A stretch of DNA of 64,000 nt. Origin: Lepidodermella squamata (taxonomy: Eukaryota > Animalia > Gastrotricha). Positions 23,165 to 36,306 of the stretch are shown here, one piece after another. The stretch is from positions 3,162,001 through 3,226,000 of the forward strand of contig JBLDXI010000001.1 in assembly GCA_047495785.1 (NCBI GenBank), written 5' to 3'. The notes beneath the pieces are model-generated. The model saw only the letters and a program-made list of their open reading frames with translations. It searched no databases and was not told the origin of the DNA. Both the position numbers and the translations under genes were made by a program. Every line of letters begins with the position of its first letter. The stretch's first letter is position 1.

Positions 23165-26100
23165 CTATATAAGAAATATTCATGCCTAATCATAGTTTCA
23201 AAAAAAATTCAATCTCAACTAACAGATTTTTACCACAGCACATGATATATGAGATCATTTCATCCTCGACAGAATATATTCGCCCCTCGCAGTTTATCAT
23301 ACCTGTATTCAGCACAAGCAAATATTTTCAATTGCATAAACTATATAAACCAACCGAAACAAGTCGGGTGTTACATCATTTCATTTCTATTACACAAAAT
23401 ATATATTGCACCGCGCGTGGGGCGGATTTTTGGTGCACATTCTAAGCTATATAACTTCCTGCCGAGGCGAAATATAAAAAAAACCGCGTGTGCGCTTTGC
23501 ATTAAACTGTACTATTAAGGCGGTGCTTGTTTTCGTAATAACAATATAATGTCATTTGAACATCATTTTTGCTCGCACGCGCGTGTCTCTATTTAGAAGG
23601 CGCGAAAATACGCGCATGGCCAGGATCTTTTTATATACGTTCTACCTATTTGCTCTGCGTCGACCGCATAAAGAAGGCGACTTTTTTCGCAACTAAAACC
23701 CCATAAAACGCCCTCTAGTGTAGCAATAATGCAATGCCGCGCCAGTGCGCTCGAATAGGCGCGTCAAAGGCAACTAAAATTAATTGCGACCCTGTATGAA
23801 AGGTGACGAAAAAAACACCCCTTTATATTTAGTAACCAGGACCCTGGGCATGGAAATTATGAACCCTAATTTTATTACCTGAATTGACCATGTTTATTAT
23901 ACTTGCGGCTAGAAAAACAACTTGAATTCCGGCAAATGTTATCGGTTGTAGTTTTGTCGCGGAAAAATCGCTTCTAATTAGCTCGGTCATGGCGAAACCT
24001 GTTAACAAAAATAACATTTTTTTAGCTAATTTTCCATTTGTTTTCAACCTGCTTTACCACCTGTTTTATATAGGGTGTATTTGGGCTTTCATACAAATCA
24101 AATTATCTCGCGTCGAGTGGAAGAGCAGGAGCCGCGGCAAGCGCGTCAAACGGCGCCGTTTCTGTCAACATGCGCGCGTTTAATTACAAAAATACGCGCG
24201 CGCGAACAATTTGCGCGCAACACCTGGACCTACCAAATATTGTACATTAAAATCGCAATTTTTATTATTAAATTACCTGTGCAATATAAATATACACACA
24301 CGCGCATAATTGTATAGATACACCAGCGTTACATACAGTTTAAATGCTGCGGCTGAAAGCTGAAAGCGCGGCGGTAGTATAACAGACACCTGTATATATG
24401 CGCACTAAAGCAATTATGAGCTCAATTCGCGCGCGAAATTGACGCTGCGCACTTTGTCGGCTCGCGCACTCTAGAAATCATGATAGTTTTGCCTCTCGAC
24501 ATAACAGTCGCCCGTGTATAACGTTTCACTTTGCAGCGCGGCGAATAACAATGCGGCGAAAAAGTGGAGCCATCTCACATTCTGCATTATACTTTTATTT
24601 CATGCTGTTCCTGTCTTTTTTTCAGCGCGCCAGATTAAGTATATACGGCGTTGCGTTTCTCAAGGCCAAATCCGGAATAACAACTTTTGGCTTAATTTCA
24701 CGGAAACAATTTTGGATGAGATTTCTTCATAATTTTCCTTTACTTGCTTTTTTGCGGTTATCTCTGAAAAATTAGCTAATTATTTTTACCAATTAAAATT
24801 TGTAATTTTTTCCGCCTAACTTTGCTAACTTATTCAAGTGATTTCTTCCAATATTTCTCCTAAATACTTAAGGTGGAGTTGTAATATAGGAAAATCGTAT
24901 TTGTTCACGCCGCCACTCAATTTCACGCGCCGGTGACTTATTTTTTCTATCACTGACCAGGCCTCTTTATCACGCCTGTTTTGCGCTGCGGCGAGTCATC
25001 TTGTGCCGTAAACGTAAATAATATAATATCGCGCGTAAGAAGGATGGCCCTTCCTTCAATTATAACAACAACATTTTCCGCCCCGAAAAAAATAATAATA
25101 ATATTGCCTATAACAACAGAACCGCCTTTTGTCATGCGACGGCTCATATCCGAGTTGTTTAACGAGGCGTCACAAGTATCGCTAACAAACAAACGTGCCT
25201 CGCCCTCACATTTCGTCGCCTACCTGGTGACAACAGAGAGGTGGGACGGGACATGGTTGTATTCTCTAGGTATTTTTGTTTAGTCAGTTGTTGTTTTGCG
25301 CGCACCATGAGTCGCTGTAATAATAACACAATACACTTCCTATATTAGCTCTTTTTGCCTCGATGGCTATTTGCCCAGGCGTGTTTTTCTGCGCAGGTAC
25401 CAGTCTGGAACCCGCGCACATGATGTTTTGCGCTGTTTATTCCGCTACTGTTACCCGCGCGCGCGCGCGCTTTTTTCCAGTGCTAATCCGCCTCAATCGC
25501 AATATTTGTGCTATATCGCTTTATCGCTGCTATCTCTGCTCAACCGTGCAACGATGACAAAAATACCTCAAGTGCATGCTTTCAAAATAATACCTACCTT
25601 TGTTTGGAGAGCTGTCCAGCTGTAGAAAAAACGCGCCGATGATCCTATTGGCTATTGGCCACTTGTATTAAGAGGAAAATGAGACACAGTAGCTCTGAAA
25701 AATGCGCGTTTTATTAGGTACGATTCCGGCCGGATAGCCGCGCGTTTATTATCGCACTTGCGCGCAGCAGGCAGTTCAAGCTCGGTCACATCTGACGTGT
25801 TGATAACTGCGAGTGTAAGTGAGCAACTCTTAAGGTGGACGTGTCGTCGACGAGTTCCTGACAAGGTCACTGCGTCAATAATTATACATCTCACTGATAG
25901 ACATCTTTCTATTCAGTTTTTCAATCAAATATTTATACGCTTGAGGAAGCGTGCCGTTATTCACGTTGGTCATCATTAAGCCAGACGACTTTTTCTCAGC
26001 TTCTGTTTTTGCTAATCATCATCATAAAATCGAATGACCTGACCTAGTTAAGCTCGCGAGCGATTTGTACGAGTGAGTCATATTATTATTTTGACCCAGT

Positions 26101-26637
26101 GCAAATATTTGCGCCACTTTATGCTGCTGCTGCGGTTTTTAATGCGATTTCTGTGGCCCACAAACGATGTGCATCGTTTTGTATCGCCGAGTGACGCTTG
26201 TGTGTTAGCTTCCCGTTCAACGCCATTTTTCGTATTATTCATTATATTATATTGCATAGCGCGCAGATAGATACGCGTGATAGCGATGATCTCTTCGCCC
26301 AATAATTATTGTTTTCATCACCACCAGTATATCGAGTCCAGCGGAAGTACGCTCTGTTTAATTCGCTGTTTGTATAACAAGTATACATATCCTAGGGTGT
26401 TTATATCATATCTTGTAGCCACTGACCACCGTGCCACTTCATGTGACATATTTTTCAGTCGTTATTAGCGCCAAGTATTTTTCGGGCTTTTTTCCCCCAC
26501 TCAACCGGCTAATTACACCATGTTTTCAATGCCTTAAAGGATATCATAACATGCAATCAGTTGTTTTCCAATGTCATAACACTAAAATGATACAATTTTA
26601 TTTTATTCAGTTTATAGTTAAATTTTATTATAAAGCG

Positions 26638-29002
26638 ATGATAGCGCTATGCTGGACGGTCATCGCGATGTTTTTGCTGCTGAAACCGGGCGGCTACTAC
26701 GTGTTAGCTTGCGATGGGAGCCAGCCGCTAGGCATGTCTACAGGCCGGATAGGCGATGAGTCGATCACAGCTTCATCGACTTACCCGTCGAATTGGGACG
26801 CCGGGTGCGATACCAAATTTGCTCGCATTCTACGCGCCCCGCCAGGTGCTGCTTGGTGCTCGAGCGAAAAATCGGCCTCAGAATGGCTTCAAGTCGACCT
26901 TGGATTCCCTTCTAAGGTAATCAGTTGATAGCGAAAATTCAAAGCGTCTGAAATATTTGGTTGCAACTCATCTACATGGAAATTTCCTTTTTTTTGCTGT
27001 TTTTATTGCAACAATTTCCTCAAAAATCATCTTTCATCTATCATCCAAATAATTTTGCTAATTATTTCATCATTTTTGTAGGATAGCATGTGATTTTTTC
27101 TGCGTTTTATCTACTAGATAACCAGTGTTGCTACTCAAGGCCGGACAGATGGCCGCGAATGGGTGACAGCATTTCATTTGTCGCATTCGATGGACGGCCA
27201 GCGGTGGAATTATGTCCGTGATCGAGATAGTGGCGATATCCGAATTTTCGCCGCAAATTCCGAATCTCACGCTATCAAACACAACTACTTCGAACAATCA
27301 ATTTTCGCACGATTCGTCAAGTTCCATCCTATCAAGTGGCATGGTATAAAAATGCTTTGGGCCACCTAACGCTTTTAATTCTGTAATTTATTAGGCCATC
27401 CAAGTATGCGAGTTGAGCTTTACGGTTGCCAAGATTGCACCGAACTTATCAGCGTCCAACCTTGGGCTCAGTTAAGAGCTTCAAGTCAATGGCTGGGTAG
27501 GGACGGGAATCGATGCCGTATCGACAACGCTTTCCTTTATTCATCAGGCGCATGGTGTCCAAAAGTTGGGAATTTGCGACATTTTTGGTTCTTTTTCTTA
27601 TTTTCTTCCTCATTTTTTAGAAAAGAGATACAAAGCCGTGGCTTGAGTATGACTTCGGCCCGGCTGCCTTTGTTACAGCGGTGGCAACTAGAGGCAAGGA
27701 GCCTACTTTACTTCTAGATCTCAACGAACACGAAGCCATGGCTGTACCCGACCCGGAAATCGAGTCGGTTCCGGCTGTAGAACTCACAGAATCCGGCTCA
27801 CCTTCGAATAAGAGTGGCGATCATTTACCGCTAAGTAACAACCAGGGTGTTTCAAAGTCCTCATCACGGCCGCAATGGGTGTCTGGCTTTAAGCTGCTAT
27901 ATCGCAATAGCACTGAAGATTCTTGGAAAACGTATTCCGACCCTGAAATGGGAGATTTTTTCAACGCGAATGAAGACGCGACTGGAATTAAAACTTATCA
28001 CCTACTGCGGCCATTTATCGCGCGATTCGTCAGATTTGTACCGGTAAAGATAAATCCTTATAGGCAGGAGTATCAGAAAAATGGTTATTTTGCCATATAG
28101 TTACGGTGGGTTGGATACCCTGCGATGCGAGTTGCGATATTTGGCTGTGCGAATCAAATAAGTGCGAAACCGCAAGAGTCTTCCTTAAAAGCTAAATGCC
28201 CGGAAATGTTCCTGAAACCGGGTGCAGAAACACCATGCGGTAAGCATTCCTTTCCTCAGACGCATCGATTTTACTGTTACTTTACAGTTACCTTGATGTC
28301 TCATCATTTTTATCACATGAATTTATTTAAAAAAAATCAATTTAATTTTGTATTAAAAATTAATAATGGATAGGAAAATTAGAATATTGCGTCAAAATTC
28401 CTTATGATTTTTTTCAATTTCTTTAATTTTTGATTTTTCTTCTTTTTCCAGTGGAGAATCTCGCCTTTAAGAAAAAGGCCTGGTCGTACATGAAACGGCA
28501 CCACAAGCGTCACCTTCCCGCCGTGTCCATGACAGACACGGTAGCAGAAAAAGCCGTCGACGGCAATTTCAGCTCTGCCCCCAGCACTTGCATGCCGCTG
28601 AACAACGCCCAAGTGTCCGATCCAACCTGGATGGTCGACATCGGCAAACGCAGCCAAGTCTCCGGGGTACTATTATGGCTGTGGCACCCGTCCAACAACG
28701 ACAACTCCTCGCTAGCCCAGGTGGAACGCGGACTGCGGTGGCTGGATAAAATCGTAGTTTTCGTAACAGCACAGCCCGTCAGTCGAGCGGCTAGTTTGAA
28801 CAACTACGAGGGCAAGCACTTGTGCAGTACGGTGAAAAACTTTGACAACCGTTTCGCCCGCGAATCGAAACCGCTGCATTTCATCTGCACGAATTCGCTG
28901 GTTGGCCGGTATATTTACGTTGTCGCGATTGGCACGGCGGCGGCCGGCAATAACTCGGCCAAATTTCACACATCAATATGTGAAGTTATGGCGTACAGCT
29001 GA
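26638..29002 (+). CDS. Secreted protein with two discoidin (FA58C) domains and a C-terminal F-type-lectin-like domain (exons 26638-26916, 27118-27343, 27395-27564, 27621-28043, 28101-28239, 28452-29002)
   Basis: PLGM...ITASS, AWC, EWLQVDLG, VATQGR, ARFVKFHP, MRVELYGC motifs twice; NLAFKK...AVDGN...PTWMVDIG...GRYIYV...ICEV; all junctions are GT-AG and in frame. Confidence 0.85.
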
Positions 29003-29807
29003 GCGCGAAAAAATATAAGCAAAAAATATGACACAGAATACGCAGTCTCTTTCTTCCCCGTTATTTCAAGCGACTCAAAAAAATGGAAAGCTCAGTAGAA
29101 CATTTTCGGACATCTGAAATTCATGCGTCCTAATTATGGACATTTTTTCGAAAATTTGAATTTTTCATTTCCGTGATCAAAATTTTTTAATAAAAAATAT
29201 GACCTAATTTCGGACAGTTTCGAAAAATATTTGAATGAGATGTCCCAAAATTCTAGCTTTTTTACTACACCGTTTCATTAGCAATAGACCTGACTTCGAT
29301 TAGTGAAAAATTAGAAGAGCAAGCGCTGATTCTTTCTGCGTTCCCCCTGCTATTTCTTTGTCTCAATTAATTGTGCAAATCGTTTTTTATACTTTTCGCA
29401 GGGTTGTTGAACGAAAGCGCGCTCTCTAATATGTCCCGTAGAATATTTGCGGCTTTGAAAAAATGATTATTCATCATCACATTTCTGTGATTCTAAACGC
29501 ATTTAATATTTAGGATAATATTAGGTCAAGTCGCGCGGTCATTTTTGGTCATCTCGTCTCCATGACTTGTATTATAGCGTCCTGTTTGTTTTGTTATATC
29601 ATATCATATTATTATTGACTGTTTTTGTAAATAACGATGGCTTTATACACGAGAAAAATCGAGCTCTTCATCATGAGTAAAACTGTTTTGTTTACCGACC
29701 GATTATGTCAAGCGTCATCATTTTTGGTAATGAAAATAAAGCGGAATTTTATATCATAACAATCGCTATTTTTATTTGCTAATCATCGGCAACAAAAATA
29801 ATAGTCG

Positions 29808-31067
29808 TCAATTATCGTGGCAAATTTTCGAAAATTCCCCGCGCAGATTAGCGTCCCAATCGAAGCGAGTCCAGTCGATTTTTAAGGCGGCTCTTTTCGC
29901 CCGCACCCTCGCACTCCCAGCCCGGCATAATTGAACGAGTTGTTTGCGAAATTGCGGTTCGGTTCGGTACAAGCACTCGCTTGGTAACAGTTCCGGGTAT
30001 GAAAGTCGCTCAGGCGCGACCGGGTAGCAACCCATATATGTAGCTTCCAACATTGACAGGCCGAAAAATTCGTGTTTCGCTGTAGAAACAACGATATCGC
30101 ATTGCCTTAGCCATAGGTAGTAGTCTTTCCGATCGGGTAAAAATCCCCAAAATTCGATTATATCACCCAATTCAGCGCGAGCAGCTTCGATTTCAGGCGA
30201 TAATTCCGAAAATCCTTGCCCGAGTACGACCAGCTTAAAATTAACTGGTTTCTCTTTTTCGTTATTTTTGATGTCGAGTAGTACCCTGAAAAATGTTTCA
30301 GGATCTTTGTCATGCTCCCTAAAAATCTTGAAAAATTAATATTCCGAAATTTTTGAAATAACACACATTCGATGGGACCATAAAATTCGGCAAATATCAG
30401 AATCTCTTTGCGGAATTTCCGCTTCGATAGCAGAATTCATTTCGGTGAAATGAAGCGGCAAGTATAACACGCTGCTGTTTTCTCGAATTTTCGACAAAAT
30501 ATCGGCGACGGTGGATGAAGTTGCGGTTATACCCGGTATTCTACCAAGAAATGACGGGATTGCTCCAAGAAACGAGTTCAAATTATGATTTGAATTGAAC
30601 AACAATTTATCAGCACATAATCTGAAATATTGAAAGAATGAAATAAAAATTTTCGCAAATTTTGAAAATTACGCTGAAATTATTTCATTATAACCGAATT
30701 GAAAATCGCCGTCTTCTGACTTCTGAACCGGGTAAACGAGCTGATTTTCGTGGAAATAAATAATTTTCCTTATATTTTGAAACTGCGGCCTCATTGCGAC
30801 CAATTCAGATAGGTTCAATGTTGAAGTGACCACCAAGTTTCTGAAATTCCAATTTCAGGATTTTTCAATTTTTTATTGAGAATTTTACCGAAATTTCGAA
30901 AGATCTGAGGGAAGTTTTGGTAAAACCTGCAATGCCCCTGTCCTAGCCATCCACGGCCATTTTTTCGCCGGATATGTGATGAACTCCACGTCACTGAGCT
31001 GCCTTAAAAATTTGATCAAATGCTCGTGAGACGGCCCGCAAAATACATCAATCATTAAACACGCCAT
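29808..31067 (-). CDS. GTDC1: Glycosyltransferase-like domain-containing protein 1 / tRNA-queuosine alpha-mannosyltransferase (exons 31067-30889, 30840-30673, 30621-30367, 30318-29808)
   Basis: GPSH, PAKKWPWMART, YFHENQLVYPV, EHDKDPE, STAKHEFFGLSMLEA, RLSYPE motifs. Confidence 0.9.
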
Positions 31068-31168
31068 TCTATCAACAAAAAACGCAATTGATTTTCAAAG
31101 TAATCAGATTTATTTATAAACAAAAAACATCAAAATCGATGATAAAAATGAGCGAGGTTTTTACTAGA

Positions 31169-34100
31169 TCAATCATCAGGATCACTGTCACCGGCCAGCA
31201 CGTCGCTAGGCATCATCAAATTATCGCGATGCAGTCCCTCCTGGCCGTTAAACAGCTCAGCGAATAGGAAAGAAACGGGGGAGGGCGGTCGGCGATTCTG
31301 CGCCGATTCATCGCTGAAAAAGCCGATCGACGGGCCGCCGCGTCGCGACTGAATCGACGGCGATTGGGCCGTTGAAATATCCGGCGGCGGTTGAACCTGT
31401 TGGTACCGAGATTCCAACGACGATCGAATCGTAGGCGAAGGGCACCGGTCTAAATCAATCACTTCCTCCGCGTTTTTCTTGTTATTCCGATTGGCTAAAT
31501 TCGATTTTAGCACTGTATCGATTTGCGGCTGATTTTCCGGGATCGCCGGCGCCTTTTTCTGGGCACCCGGCGTTTTCATCGGCGCGGCATTTGACGCAGC
31601 GGCTGTTACCCCGGGTGGCAGGGTCATGGTCGATAGAACCAGCGAGCCCATGCAAATCGAGGCGCTTTGATCGCCGAACCCTAGCCGGTCGGTCACCTCG
31701 ACTGAGAAGACAATAGGCCGGCCCGGGGTGCTGAAATCAATGTGTAGCACAGGCGACCAGTCAAGGCCAACAGCGTAGGTGAGGAAGGTTTTCAACTCGG
31801 CGAGAATGCACCCGAAATTAACCTCTTCGATCACCTCGTATTTCGTGAAAATATTAGCCGGGCCCACGTCGGTACCAATCCGGTGCCAGCGGCCTGATTT
31901 GCCCAACGGATCCGCTGCTAGTGAGAATTTTGTCGGAGACATGCAAAATAACAAATTTCGGTCCGAAGTCGCGAAATTTGCGACTAGGTCTGAAAACTTT
32001 TTGGCTGGTGCCGATAAGTGGTTGGTCGAGGAGCGGAGGGTGGTTGCGGCGAAATCGGCCGCCATCATTTCGCTGGTGTCCAGGGGGTGGATTCGGAATG
32101 TTGTGGTTTTCGCTCGGCCGATATCAGGGTTGGAAGACGATAGCCGCAGGGTGAGATCTTCGTCGATTAAATCGGTATTAGAGCTGTTGCTGCCTTGAGA
32201 ACCTTGAGAATGGCCCGTGACAGGGTGCACGCATTCCAGAGTGACAGTATCATACCGCACCTAAAAATGGCAAAATATTAATAAATTGACACGAAAATCG
32301 GCGGAAAAATGAAACAATCCCCAATCGGTTAATGTTATCGCCAACTGTTTGAATCAACTTTATTACCGACTCCATTTCGAATTAGGGATTGCTACTACAC
32401 TACTACATCGACTATGTATAGGAGGTCCGCCGCGAGGGTGCCACCAATCGGCTTCCGGCGGACAAGAAAACACGAAAACGGATAATTGGAGGAACTTCTG
32501 GGATCAACAACACGATGGATCGAACCTCAACACCCGTTTTCATCGAAATTACCGGAACAGCAACGATGGCAGATTTTCAATTGCCCTCCATCTGATGACT
32601 ACGCCACTTACTTACTCGCGCTGCTTTTTCTTTTGACAATAACGTCATATTTTTTTGTTAAACATCCACGGAAAGCCCTCCTTGGCATCTAAACGGTGCA
32701 CTGATTAATTTGATGGGCCTTCAAATCGCATTTTAATATTCAAACTTGATTAAGGAGACACTTCCTTTTTCTCTTCAGATAAGCGAAGGCGTTACGCAAC
32801 TGTTGGGATGACAGAGCCGGCCAGTTCTCATTTTCATTAGCGATAACATCACCAACGCTAGAAAACCGCGTATCACGAGCCGATATGATTGAAGTTGGCG
32901 AGCCACGTTCTTAGTTATCCCAGCGAACCACCGTAATTTCTGGGCTGGGATTGTGCCATATTATTACATTATGAGCCAGAGTTCACCGAGCCATTTAATA
33001 CGGAGCGTCGACAAGGAGAGGCTGTTTTCCGTAGCTGGAAACGTCATCTCACCAGAACGGTGCAGCCTGAACGGTGACAAAGCCGAGATGCTCATTTTTT
33101 GCAAATACAATCTTCCAGTAATCAAATTCGACTACAATTTTAAACCATAATTTCGTATACATTCGAATTTGAATTCTGAATTTTATTTTATTTATATTCG
33201 TCGTTCGTCAAGTCGACGAAACATTGGAGCCAATTTCATTTATTACTTAATTTATCGATTCTTCATAATAAAGCAATCAACTTGCACGCGGTTAAATTAA
33301 AAAAAAATCGGTTGAAATTCGGCTATTTTCTGCCAAACCGAACCGAATCCGCCGTTTTCAGACCCAACCGCAACCGGTACCGAATTGTTCGGTTATCCGA
33401 ATTTCCGGCTCACCCCTATTTAATACTATCTAGGCATATATTTCAATGCAGTTTCATGCAGTTTTTTTCATATCGTCGAAGAAGCGTGTTTAGGAATTGA
33501 CCATCCTCTGATATTAGCGAATTTAGTTATCAACGGGACAAATGTCCTAATAAAATGCGAAGATGTCACACGGGTGGCGCATGAAAATTTAGCCAGGGGT
33601 AAAAACGCGCCATATTCGATACAATATATTCTTGTCGATTTCGATATTGGTTGCCATGTCTGAACAGCTACCTCCACTTACTCTTCAGCGAAGGTTTTGA
33701 GAAGTTTTAAAAGGCAAAATCATCGCACTGCAAGGCTAAAAAATGAGCAGTAATGTTAGGAAAATCTACTTCAAATTGGCTCTCTGCTCCGAATTGTCCT
33801 TCTTTCGGTATAAGCAATTTTGAAACTGGACGACGACATCATTGTAATGGTTGTGCGTACAGTTTCAACGGAAGCATTTTCTCGGCGCTACTTAGCCATT
33901 CCTGATAAGTTGCTGAATGAACTTGAAGTTATTCGAATCAAGGATCTCGAAGTACCCAGACATTTTTCTTATCGTAATGACTGTATTATCGTGGAAAATG
34001 TACCTTTTCCATCTGCCGAGATTTTTTTACAGTATTTAGTTTAGGTAAATCCCTATGTGCAAAACAAATTTCAGCCCCTACCGTTCACAGGTGAGCGTTT

Positions 34101-35903
34101 GACAAGGGGGGTCCCAAAACACCTTTCGCATTATGCTTCCGTATTGCAGGATCAAATGCAATACGGAAGCATAATGTCTGAGTGATCGAGCTTCGGCGAT
34201 TTTTCGCAAATCGATAATATAAGAAAGTACTGGCAAATTTGATACCGCTGGAAAGCCCATGAAGTGAGCTAATTTTCAGTGACATTTTTCAATTTTTGTC
34301 AGTTATGCACAAACTGATATTCAGGGCTAAAGCTCAAAGTGTCCAAATTTGGGGTGTCTAAATTTTGGGCCCATTACGGTAGTTTCATAGTCCCCTCGAA
34401 GAATAGCCAGAAATTTTCGGCTATTTTGAGCATTTAAAAGTAAATAATAGCCGCTAATTGCGTCGCCTTATACTGCTAAGCGGATTAAGGGTGGTGGACG
34501 TAAGCCGTTGTTTGTTGATGTCGAGGATTAATTAGCAGCGTGGGTCAAAAAACAGAGAATTCAACAGCGCAAACGACTTGCGATGATGAAATTTGCCAAT
34601 TGCCAATAAATAATAGCCCCCTCGAATAATTGTCTCTTTTTTTGGACCATTTTCGGAGTTTCGGAAAAAATAGTAGCCATGGCTATTATTTGATGAAATA
34701 CGGTATTCAAAAAATGGCAAACCATCAAAATTGCATGTACCGGTCTATAATGCAGCATTTTGCTTTTTGGTCGAATTGTTCGAAAATGGGATCAGGCTCT
34801 GTCAATGAAAATAAGAGGATGCTGATGACCTCTTTTCCTAGACAAGACTATCTGGAGCTTTTCGTCAAGATGGAGACATTTTTCCAGACTCGTCCTGAAA
34901 AATCGTCGTCATTCTGACAAAAACAACATTGGCTCCTTTTTTATTTCAAGCTTTTTGCTCAACAATTATAAATGTTTCGCCTGGAATAAATTAGGCTATC
35001 CACGGCTCCCTCGACTACTGTGCCCGACATTGTGAAATCGAAGATTGCTTTTACATCGCCGACCTCAATTTGTTTGAGACAACTGCATTGACGACTATGG
35101 ATGGGCGAATTGCACTGAGACCATTTTTCAATGAAGACGCGGATTTCTGCGCTGATTTCATATATGATGAAAAAAGTTTTTTCTCAAACTAGGCTACAAA
35201 ACGCGAATGGACTGCTATTACAGTACATTCGCTATTTCTTTCGCTGGCCGTTTTGCTAAAGGCTTCCTGCGGAGAAAGTGTGGTCAACACATTGCTGCAA
35301 GGAAATTTCGTTCCTTCCAAGGAAACCCTGCCATTCATCTCCCGAACTGATTGATTTAGTAAATTTCAAGCTTCCAATTTGAAATTCAAATTTGAACCTA
35401 TTTGAGAACGTCGCAAGAAAATATGATATGGTACCCTCTTTTCAGATGATTACTCATCTCACCATTTCTTAAGAATTTTCTTCTTTTCTTGCGCAGTCTT
35501 ATATTATTCATTTGAAAAATTAGCAAACCATCAAATTTGAGGCTTTTGACCCCGATTCATCAGCGCCACCACTTCCCACGCCAGCCGTGGCCGATCCAGA
35601 TAAGCTAGCCGAGACCATTCGAAAGCAGTTCGACAGGCATTTCGAACTCAGCTTCACCGCATAGCCGATCGATTTCTGCGCCTGAGATCGCGTGAAGGTC
35701 GCAGTTCGCGAATCGAATTCCGAAAAAAACCCGCGGTCGAACTTGAAATATACAATCGCAGTTGTCGAACTGTTGGCCGCCTGCAAATTAACGCCCTCGT
35801 CCGTTACTTCAAAAAACGCCTCATCCCCGATTTTACTTAGCGTCGTTATCGCCTTCACAAACGGCTTCAAGCAAACTGCTGACTGAATAGTGACTAAAAC
35901 CAT
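31169..35903 (-). CDS. RAD9: Cell-cycle checkpoint clamp subunit Rad9 (exons 35903-35529, 32260-31169)
   Basis: KAITTLSKIGDE...LQAANSS...F-F--FFSEF N-terminus; FSTPGRPIVF; C-terminal VLAGDSD resembling the human VLAEDSE TopBP1-binding phosphosite. Confidence 0.85.
32950..33418 (+). mobile_element. hAT transposon 3' remnant in the RAD9 intron
   Basis: ERLFSVAGNVISPERCSLNGDKAEMLIFCKYN is a hAT dimerisation domain; subterminal AACCG repeats and GCTCACCCCTA terminus. Confidence 0.8.
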
Positions 35904-36306
35904 TTTCCTAGAAATTCAAATAAAACACTTTAAAATAATGAAAATGTCAGGCCTTTATTTTTTCGCAGTGATTTCATCATCAAAAAAGCTCATTCTTTTT
36001 TTTATCAAGGCATGCAGGGAGAAGAAAACCATGTTTTGTAATCAATATGAATAAGATTAGGGGTAATAATTGCGTAAACGAATTATTAAAAGGCCCATCA
36101 TCAAAAACTACTTGACATTATCATAGAATAACGACAAGAGACGCGCAAGAGACGAATCATGATGTTATTATTTTTTTTAGAAGTTTATAACTCAAATTGT
36201 AACTCGACAAAACTCGTTGCAGTAATTTTTTTATCAAAAATTTTGAAGAATTTTCAAGAGTCCCGATTGTCACTTGATTTTTCTTTTCGTTTGGAATAAG
36301 CACGTT

